From Candidatus Binatia bacterium (GTDB taxonomy: Bacteria > Desulfobacterota > Binatia > UBA12015), in contig JAXLXO010000026.1 of assembly GCA_046327915.1 (NCBI GenBank), positions 23,069 through 87,068 on the forward strand: a stretch of DNA of 64,000 bases. The letters are read 5' to 3'. Position numbers and translations under genes: made by a program. Under the pieces are notes generated by a model. That model searched no databases, was not told the origin of the DNA, and saw only the letters and a program-made list of their open reading frames with translations. Positions 57,201-64,000 of the stretch are shown piece after piece (position 1 is the first letter of the stretch; each line of letters begins with the position of its first letter).

Positions 57201-57283
57201 GGCGGTCTCCTCGGCGTTTCGACGCCCGGTGTATCACCCGCAGCACGATCGACCCACCCCGGCGAGCGTGCTTTACAGGGCGC

Positions 57284-58630
57284 ATGGAGCCGCTGAGCCT
57301 CGAGACGCTGCGCCGCATCGACCAGGCGCACCATCTGCACCCCTTCACCGACCATGGCGACCTGCACCGGCAGGGCACGCGCATCATCCGATCGGCGTCG
57401 GGCTGCACCGTCATCGACGAGAACGACCGTCCGCTGATCGACGCGCTGGCCGGACTCTGGTGCGTCAACGTCGGCTACGGGCGCCGCGAGATCGCCGACG
57501 CCGTGTACGAGCAGATGACCGCGGTCGCGTACTACCCGTCGTTCTTCAACACGACGACGGAGCCGACGATCCTGCTCGCCGGCAAGCTCGCGCAGCTCGC
57601 ACCGAAGGGACTCGGGCACGTCTTCTTCTCGAACTCCGGATCGGAAGCGAACGAGTCGGCACTGAAGCTGATCCGCGGCTACCAGAAGCTGCGCGGCAAG
57701 CGCGCCAAGCAGAAGATCGTGACGCGCTCGTTCGCGTACCACGGCGTCACGCTCGCGACGACGAGCATGACCGGACTGCCGTCGTGCACCGACCCGTTCG
57801 ACCTGCCGCTGCCCGGCTTCGTCCAGGTGCCCGGGCCGTACACGTACGGCGCGAACAACGGCATGACACCCGAGCAGTACGGCGACTGGTGCCTCTCCGA
57901 GACCGAGCGCATCATCCTGAAGGAAGGTCCGGACACGATCGCCGCATTCTTCGCGGAGCCGATCCAGGGCGCGGGCGGCGTCATCGTCCCGCCGCCCGGC
58001 TACCTGCGCGCGCTGCGCGACCTGTGCCGCAGGCACGACATCCTGTTCGTCGCCGACGAGGTCATCACCGCGTTCGGACGCCTCGGCACGTGGTTCGCGT
58101 CGGAGCTGTGGAACCTCGAGCCCGACCTGATCGTCACCGCGAAGGGCATCACCAGCGGCTACCTGCCGCTCGGCGCGACGCTGGTGCGCGACGAGATCGC
58201 CGAGGCGCTCACCAAGGGCGGCTACCTCGCGCACGGCTACACGTACTCGGGACACCCCGCCGCGACCGCCGCCGCGCTCGCCAACCTCGAGATCCTCGAG
58301 AAGGAGAAGCTCGTCGAGCGCGTGCGCGACGACGTGGGTCCCTACTTCCAGAAGAAGCTGCAGTCGCTCGCGGGACACCGCGCGGTCGGCGAGGCGCGCG
58401 GCTTCGGACTCATCGGCGCACTCGAGTGCCTGCCGCGCGGCGGACGCGCCGAGCTCACCCCGACGACGCTGCTCGGCGTCAAGGCCGCGGCGCTGGTCCG
58501 CGAGGAAGGCGTGATCGTGCGCGGCATCCGCGATCTGGTCGCCCTGGCGCCGCCGCTCGTCGTGACGCACGAGGAGGTCGACCGGATCTTCGCCGCGGTC
58601 GAGGAGGGTCTCGACCGGCTCTGGGATTGA
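57284..58630 (+). CDS. Class III PLP aminotransferase (omega-/putrescine-pyruvate transaminase-like)
   Basis: SGSEANESALKL, DEVITAFGRLG, and TAKGITSGYLPLG with the PLP Lys. Confidence 0.9.
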   Translation: MEPLSLETLRRIDQAHHLHPFTDHGDLHRQGTRIIRSASGCTVIDENDRPLIDALAGLWCVNVGYGRREIADAVYEQMTAVAYYPSFFNTTTEPTILLAGKLAQLAPKGLGHVFFSNSGSEANESALKLIRGYQKLRGKRAKQKIVTRSFAYHGVTLATTSMTGLPSCTDPFDLPLPGFVQVPGPYTYGANNGMTPEQYGDWCLSETERIILKEGPDTIAAFFAEPIQGAGGVIVPPPGYLRALRDLCRRHDILFVADEVITAFGRLGTWFASELWNLEPDLIVTAKGITSGYLPLGATLVRDEIAEALTKGGYLAHGYTYSGHPAATAAALANLEILEKEKLVERVRDDVGPYFQKKLQSLAGHRAVGEARGFGLIGALECLPRGGRAELTPTTLLGVKAAALVREEGVIVRGIRDLVALAPPLVVTHEEVDRIFAAVEEGLDRLWD

Positions 58631-58690
58631 CGGCGATCGCGGGCCCGCGCGAGCGCGCATGCACCCGCCGGGCCTCGCTCGCGATCGCCG
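58631..58690. terminator. Long inverted repeat between convergent aminotransferase and MCP genes
   Basis: 11-bp arms CGGCGATCGCG / CGCGATCGCCG plus an inner GGCCCG/CGGGCC pairing. No U-tract. Confidence 0.3.
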
Positions 58691-58702
58691 CCTGCGGACC
58701 GC

Positions 58703-60496
58703 TCAGTAGGTGAAGCGCCCCACCAGGCCTTGAAGCTCCGAGGCCATGCGGGCCAGCTCGCCGGCCGCACTCTGGGTGTCGTTGGCACCGGACGTCGTGC
58801 TCTGCGCCGCCTGGGCAACGCCGACGATGTTCTGCGCGATCTCGTGGCTGCCCTGCGCGGCCTCGCCCGCGTTGCGCGAGATCTCGGCGGTCGTCGCCGT
58901 CTGCTCCTCGACCGCGCTCGCGATGGTGGTCGAGATGTCGTTGACCCGGTTGATGATCCCGGTGATCTGCTCGATCGCCTCGACCGCCCCTCGGGTGTCG
59001 ACCTGGATGGCCTCGATCTTCTGCCCGATGTCCTCGGTGGCCTTGGCGGTCTCCTTCGCCAGCTCCTTCACCTCGTTCGCCACCACCGCGAAGCCCTTGC
59101 CCGCCTCCCCCGCGCGCGCAGCCTCGATGGTCGCGTTCAGAGCCAGCAGGTTGGTCTGCTGCGCGATCGACGTGATCACCTTGATGACCTTGCCGATCTC
59201 GCTGCTCGACTCGCCGAGCTTGGCGACGGTGGCGTTGGTATCGGCCGCGACCTTGACCGCCGCCGTCGCGACCTTGGCCGCCTCCGACGCGTTCTTCGCG
59301 ATCTCGCGGATGCTCGCACCCATCTCGTCGGCGCCGGTCGCGACGGTGCCGACGTTCTTGCTGACCTCCTCGGCGGCGGCCGACACGACGCCCGCCTGCG
59401 CGGAGGTCTCCTCCGCGTTGGCGCTCATCTGCTGGCTCACCGACGACAGCTCCTCGGCCGAGTTCGCGAGCGACTGCGCGTTCTGCGCGATGCCCTTCAC
59501 GCTGGTGCGCAGATCCGCCAGGAACGCGGAGAGCCCCTCGCCCATCTGCCCGATCGCGTCGGCGCCGCGCACCGACACCTCGCGCGTGAGGTCGCCGCGC
59601 GTCGCCGCGGTCACGACGTCGAGCATCGCGTCGACCTTGCTGCGCAGCTCCTCGGCCTGCCGGCGCTCGCGCTCGGCGGCGGCGTTGCGCTCGCGCACGC
59701 CCGCAGTGACGTCGATCGCGTACTTCACGACCTTGAACGGCTTGCCGCTCGCGTCGGGGATCGGGTTGTACGACGCCTGGATGAAGACCTCGCGCCCGCC
59801 CTTGCCGATGCGGCGGAACTCGCCGGCCTGGAACTCGCCGCGGTTCAGCGCCGCCCAGAACTCGCGGTACTCGGGGCTGCGCCGGTAGTCGTCGTCGACG
59901 AACATGCCGTGCGGCCGGCCCTTGATCTCGTCGAGCGTGTAGCCGAGCGCGTTCAGGAAGTTCGCGTTCGCGTCGAGCACCGTGCCCTCGAGGTCGAACG
60001 CGATCACGGCCTGCGTGTTGCCGATCGCCTGGATCTGGCCGGCGTAGTCGACGTTCTTCGCCTCGAGCGCGAGCGTCTCGGTGACCACGGCCCACGTCAC
60101 CATCGGACCGAGGTACTCGCCGCGGTCGTCGCGGATCGCGCGCACGTTGAGCTCGAGCTTCTCGGGCCCGAGCGTGATCACCGCCTTGTGCGGCAGATTC
60201 GCCGGGTCCGCGAGCACCTGGCGCGGGTGCTCCGGGTGCTTGTGGAAGATGTCGATCGACTGTCCGACGACCTGGCTCGCCTTCACCGGCAGCAGGTGCT
60301 CGATGGTCTCGAGCGTGCGCACCGACGCCGCGTTGAGGTAGCGGATCACCAGGCTCTTGTCGGCCCAGATCACGTTGATCGGTGCCGCGTCGAGCATCGC
60401 GCGGAGCCGGCCGAGCCCCTCGTCCCCACTCGCCGCTGCGGAACGAAGGTGTGCCGACTGAGGGACGTGCTCGTTGCGCTTCAGCCTGGTGCTCAT
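58703..60496 (-). CDS. Soluble methyl-accepting chemotaxis protein with two PAS domains
   Basis: No TM segment. Two PAS-like repeats, then HAMP-like region, then the signalling hairpin [31 protein letters not shown]. Confidence 0.9.
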   Translation of the reverse strand: MSTRLKRNEHVPQSAHLRSAAASGDEGLGRLRAMLDAAPINVIWADKSLVIRYLNAASVRTLETIEHLLPVKASQVVGQSIDIFHKHPEHPRQVLADPANLPHKAVITLGPEKLELNVRAIRDDRGEYLGPMVTWAVVTETLALEAKNVDYAGQIQAIGNTQAVIAFDLEGTVLDANANFLNALGYTLDEIKGRPHGMFVDDDYRRSPEYREFWAALNRGEFQAGEFRRIGKGGREVFIQASYNPIPDASGKPFKVVKYAIDVTAGVRERNAAAERERRQAEELRSKVDAMLDVVTAATRGDLTREVSVRGADAIGQMGEGLSAFLADLRTSVKGIAQNAQSLANSAEELSSVSQQMSANAEETSAQAGVVSAAAEEVSKNVGTVATGADEMGASIREIAKNASEAAKVATAAVKVAADTNATVAKLGESSSEIGKVIKVITSIAQQTNLLALNATIEAARAGEAGKGFAVVANEVKELAKETAKATEDIGQKIEAIQVDTRGAVEAIEQITGIINRVNDISTTIASAVEEQTATTAEISRNAGEAAQGSHEIAQNIVGVAQAAQSTTSGANDTQSAAGELARMASELQGLVGRFTY

Positions 60497-60744
60497 TCTC
60501 GACTTCTCCCCGGCGATCTCGCCGCTCTCAGGACGATTCGACTCTCCGCGCCGTCGACCTCCGACCGCGTCGTCATGCTAAAATGTCGGATAAGAAACGA
60601 AGGCACTGAAGGCATCTCGAACGGAAAAACGCAGATTGCACCATGCAAATTCTTGCGCGGCGCAACACCGCTCGCGGTCGCGCGTGAGCGAGAAAACCAC
60701 CCGCGCGACTCAAGTGATCGTGCCCTGCGGGCCGAGTCTCATGT

Positions 60745-61116
60745 GTGATCACGGACACCCCTCCCGACGCACTCGACTACGACGAATTGCTCGACGAGCT
60801 CGGCGGAGACCGGCAGCTGCGGCGTCAGCTGCTGGAGCTGATGGTCGAAAGCACCACGCAGTCTGCGGCGCTCGTCCGCACGGCGTACGGCGCACGGGAC
60901 TGCTCGGCGCTCGCGAACTCCGCGCACAAGCTCAAGAGCGCGCTGGTGGCATTCGGAGCGGGCCCGGCTGCCGACGCGGCGTCGCGGCTCGAGGACATCG
61001 GTCGAAACGCGGACCTGACCGCGGCGTCGACCGTACTGGAACTTCTTCTGACCGAGCTGACGCGGCTCCACGCTGCCGTCGCACAGCTCCTGAAGAGCGA
61101 GGACGTGACGCAATGA
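60745..61116 (+). CDS. Stand-alone Hpt (histidine phosphotransfer) domain protein
   Basis: GTG start. 123 aa four-helix-like. SAHKLKSA phosphoacceptor motif. Confidence 0.7.
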   Translation: MITDTPPDALDYDELLDELGGDRQLRRQLLELMVESTTQSAALVRTAYGARDCSALANSAHKLKSALVAFGAGPAADAASRLEDIGRNADLTAASTVLELLLTELTRLHAAVAQLLKSEDVTQ

Positions 61117-61688
61117 AGATCCTGCTGGCCGAGGACGAGCTCGTCAGCCGCACCTACTTGACGAAGCAGCTCGAGAGGCTCGGCTACGAGGTCGTCGCCG
61201 CGGAGGACGGGCTCGAAGCGTGGGAGCAGTTCCAGCGCGAGCCGGCGGAGCTCGTCATCTCCGACATCCTGATGCCGGGCATGGACGGGCTCGACCTCTG
61301 CCGACGCATCCGGACGTCCTCGAGCCCGCCGTTCTACACCGTCGTGATCCTCATCACGACGCTGAAGGGCAAGCAGTGGTACATCAAGGGACTGGAAGCC
61401 GGCGCGGACGACTTTCTCACCAAGCCCGCGACGTTCGACGAGCTGGTCGCCCGGCTGAGCGTCGCCGAGCACACGCTGCACCTCGAGCGCGGCATGAAGC
61501 ACCTCGAGGGCTTCCTCGGCGCCTGCCCTTCCTGCCACTCCGTGCGCAGGCCGGATGGTCGCTGGATGCCGATGCGAAGCTTCGTGGCGACGATGCCGCC
61601 GCCGGAGCGCCCCGACGAATGCCCGTCGTGCTTCGAGGCGCAGGAGCGCGACGGCGGAGTGGATCGGGCCAGCGGATGTCCCGCCTGA
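61113..61688 (+). CDS. Response-regulator receiver domain with C-terminal CxxC..CxxC extension
   Basis: ATGA overlap with the Hpt gene. KILLAEDE...DILMPGMDGLDL...TKP receiver residues. Tail CPSCH-x29-CPSCF. Confidence 0.85.
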   Translation: MKILLAEDELVSRTYLTKQLERLGYEVVAAEDGLEAWEQFQREPAELVISDILMPGMDGLDLCRRIRTSSSPPFYTVVILITTLKGKQWYIKGLEAGADDFLTKPATFDELVARLSVAEHTLHLERGMKHLEGFLGACPSCHSVRRPDGRWMPMRSFVATMPPPERPDECPSCFEAQERDGGVDRASGCPA

Positions 61689-62764
61689 AGGTACTGATCG
61701 TCGACGACGAGGTCGTCTACCGCACGATGCTCGCGACCGCGCTCAAGGACGATCAGGCGTTCGCGCCGGTCCGGATGGCGTCGGAGGGAGCGATGGCGCT
61801 CGCGGCGATCGACGCGGAGAAGCCGGACGTCGTGACGCTCGACCTCGACATGCCGGTGATGAACGGGATGAAGACGCTGGTCGAGATCCGTCGCCGGCAC
61901 CCGGGGCTGCCGGTCGTCGTCCTGAGCGCGTTCGCACGCCCCGGGATGGAGGAGCTCGAGGTCCTCACCATGGGCGCGGACGACTGCGTCACGAAGATTC
62001 CCGCCGGCGGTGCGATGAAGAGCTCGCTCGCCTGGATGCGGGAGCACATCCTCCCGCGCCTGAAGCGCGCGGTCGAGCAGCGCGCGCCGCGACGACCCGC
62101 CGCCGAGGCCGCGCCACCGACCCGGCGAGCCCCGCAGCGCCCCGGCGACGTGGCCGTCGTCGCCATCGCCGCCTCCGCGGGCGGTCCCGATTCGGTGGAG
62201 AAGGTTCTGGCCGCGCTGCCCGCGGATCTGCCCGTGCCGATCGTCGTCGTGCAGCACATGCCGCCGGAGTTCACACGGCTCTACGCAGAGCGTCTCGACC
62301 GCAACACGCCGTTCCGCGTCTGCGAGGGGACGGCGGGCGCCGAGCTCGTTCCCGGAGGAGTCTGGGTCGCGCCCGGCGGGTACCACATGGTGGTGGCGCG
62401 CAACGATCGTCGCGTCGTGCTGGGCATCAACGAGGAGCCGCGGGAGCACGGCTGCCGTCCGGCGGCGGACCCGCTGTTCCGGTCGGTCGCCGACGTGTAC
62501 GGAGCGCGCGCTCTCGCCGTGGTCATCAGCGGCATGGGCGTCGACGGATTGAAGGGAAGCCGCCGGCTCTACGAGGCCGGGGCGCAGATCGTGGTTCAGG
62601 ACGAAGCGACGTCGGTCGTCTGGGGAATGCCCGGAGCCGTCGCCAAGGCCGGCCTCGCGGACGTGATCGCGCCCCTGCCCCGAATCTCCGAGGAGATCGT
62701 CGCACGCACGGTCACGGCGCGACGGGCCGCGACGGAATCGGCCCGCGCGCAGGCCGTCGCCTGA
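61676..62764 (+). CDS. cheB: Chemotaxis response regulator protein-glutamate methylesterase
   Basis: REC domain (VLIVDDE...DLDMPVMNG) plus methylesterase motifs (VVAIAASAGGP, GMGVDG, DEATSVVWGMP). 13-nt overlap with the upstream gene. Confidence 0.9.
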   Translation: MSRLKVLIVDDEVVYRTMLATALKDDQAFAPVRMASEGAMALAAIDAEKPDVVTLDLDMPVMNGMKTLVEIRRRHPGLPVVVLSAFARPGMEELEVLTMGADDCVTKIPAGGAMKSSLAWMREHILPRLKRAVEQRAPRRPAAEAAPPTRRAPQRPGDVAVVAIAASAGGPDSVEKVLAALPADLPVPIVVVQHMPPEFTRLYAERLDRNTPFRVCEGTAGAELVPGGVWVAPGGYHMVVARNDRRVVLGINEEPREHGCRPAADPLFRSVADVYGARALAVVISGMGVDGLKGSRRLYEAGAQIVVQDEATSVVWGMPGAVAKAGLADVIAPLPRISEEIVARTVTARRAATESARAQAVA

Positions 62765-62815
62765 CGGCGCAGGGGCGTTCGAGATCTTCGCACACCACAC
62801 CCAAACGGGCCTCAT

Positions 62816-64000
62816 ATGGCGAACGAAGATGGTCGAGTTTCGGGCGTGAACGCGCGCATGACGGCAGCTGGCGCCGATCCCACGGGAGCTTCGCGGCGCG
62901 CCCGGAAGGTCGTGCTCGCGGCAGCCATCGGCTGCGTCGCGATCGCACTGTCCGACGTGCCGGGCATCGCGCAGCGTCTTCCGCACCTCGTTGGCGACAT
63001 GGCCGGACGCGTCACCACGCACGCGGCCGTGCCGCTCCTGCTGGCGGCTTCGGGGTTCGCACTGGCGCTTCTGCGGTATCGCCTAACACGTGCGCCGCTC
63101 GTGATCGGCTGCGTCGACGTGGTCGCGTGCGGCCTCTCGCTCGCGCACGCCTTCGCGACGGCCCCGGTCGTCGACCCGACCGCGGCCCCGATCGTGCGCG
63201 TCGACGCGATCGGGGCGTGGCTTCCCGTCAATCTGGCGATCGCGCTGGGCCTCGCCGGCGTCGCGCTGATCCTGCTCTCTCTTCGCCGCGTCGAATGGCT
63301 CGCGGAGGTTGCCGCGGCGTCGCTCGCCACCGCGGCGCTCTTCTCGCTCCGCGATCATGCGCAGGGCCTCGAGTCGGCGATCTTCGCGTCGACGACCCGC
63401 ACGCTGCCGCCCCTCGCGAGCACGGCGCTGCTGCTGCTGTCGGTCGGCATGCTGGCGCTGCGTGTCGAGCGGGCCGTCTCCGCCGGACGAGGCAGGATCG
63501 GTACGCTCGCCTTGCCGCTTGCCGTGCTCGTCGCGTCGACCAGCGTGCTCGTCGCCTCGACGGTGCAGGAGCACGAGCTGGCCCGCACGCTCGAGCGCAG
63601 CTGGTCGCGCTCCGTGGCGATCGACGAGGCCGTCAACCACCAGCTGACGGAGCGGCTCGGGGCACTTCAGCGCATGGCCCGGCGCTGGCAGTACCATCCG
63701 CCGATGGCCGAGTGGCAGGCCGACGCAGGCCGTTATCTCCGGGACATGCACGGCCTGGAGGCGCTGGCCATCGTCCGCGATCGCGGCGCGCAGCCGGACG
63801 TGCTCGCGAGCGCGCCCGACGATCGGATCGATCCGCAGCTGGTCGCCCGGATGACCGGGCAGTGGCCGCCGCCGGACGTGACGTCGCTGCGCTCGACGCA
63901 ACCGGACGACGGCTCGGAGTCCAGCCTGATCGTCATGGTCCCGGTCCCCGATGACGGCGCGCTCCGCGAGTACCTGTTCGCCCAGCTCGACCTCGCCGCG
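62816..64000 (+). CDS. Membrane sensor-like protein, N-terminal part (runs off the window; not in the ORF track because no stop is reached)
   Basis: Frame open from ATG 62816 to the window end (395 codons) with strong G/C third-position bias. Five to six TM helices followed by a soluble domain. The function is inferred only from context. Confidence 0.55.
   Translation, partial: MANEDGRVSGVNARMTAAGADPTGASRRARKVVLAAAIGCVAIALSDVPGIAQRLPHLVGDMAGRVTTHAAVPLLLAASGFALALLRYRLTRAPLVIGCVDVVACGLSLAHAFATAPVVDPTAAPIVRVDAIGAWLPVNLAIALGLAGVALILLSLRRVEWLAEVAAASLATAALFSLRDHAQGLESAIFASTTRTLPPLASTALLLLSVGMLALRVERAVSAGRGRIGTLALPLAVLVASTSVLVASTVQEHELARTLERSWSRSVAIDEAVNHQLTERLGALQRMARRWQYHPPMAEWQADAGRYLRDMHGLEALAIVRDRGAQPDVLASAPDDRIDPQLVARMTGQWPPPDVTSLRSTQPDDGSESSLIVMVPVPDDGALREYLFAQLDLAA

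Noticed and set aside
60579-60593. Sigma-28-like TAAA ... TCGGATAA in the MCP/Hpt spacer
   Set aside because: The TAAA element is only about 3 nt from the -10-like octamer instead of about 15 nt, and the octamer matches 6 of 8 positions. The support is insufficient.

Overview
High-GC window (about 70% by eye) from a diderm bacterium, judged from Tat signals, lipoboxes and an outer-membrane porin. I support about 56 protein-coding genes. I recognised no rRNA, tRNA, CRISPR array, transposase or integrase. The centrepiece is a 25.5-kb run of 18 co-directional minus-strand genes (6740-32266), headed by a nasS-nasT (nitrate sensor / ANTAR antiterminator) pair at 32475-34389. Part one (17188-32266) is an 11-gene, mostly overlap-coupled operon. 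A Tat-exported NarG/NxrA-type molybdoenzyme (alpha, beta, gamma, TorD-like chaperone) sits between two different Rieske/cytochrome b modules. The first module carries a GltD-like NAD(P)H flavoprotein and a heptahaem cytochrome c. The second ends in a membrane-anchored octahaem HAO-family cytochrome. Next come an AlgE-like porin and a structured 346-bp leader with three hairpin repeats and a T-tract terminator-like element. The run ends with an assimilatory-type block: a nirB-nirD fusion, a NarI-like membrane protein, a NasA/NarB-like Mo enzyme, a four-cluster ferredoxin, a Tat-signal Rieske protein and narK. Flanking regions hold a di-iron protein with a MerR regulator, housekeeping-type enzymes, and a glycan-modification cassette containing a 32-bp tandem duplication of a stop/start junction. 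They also hold an RpiR-controlled epimerase/amidohydrolase/M14/GNAT operon, polyamine uptake and catabolism genes (potCDB without an ATPase, a deacetylase, a transaminase, an exported amine oxidase) and a low-GC orphan membrane gene. The 3' end holds a soluble double-PAS chemoreceptor next to an Hpt-REC-CheB-sensor unit. All family assignments come from motifs read by eye. No database searches were run, and starts chosen inside longer ORFs are stated in the evidence.
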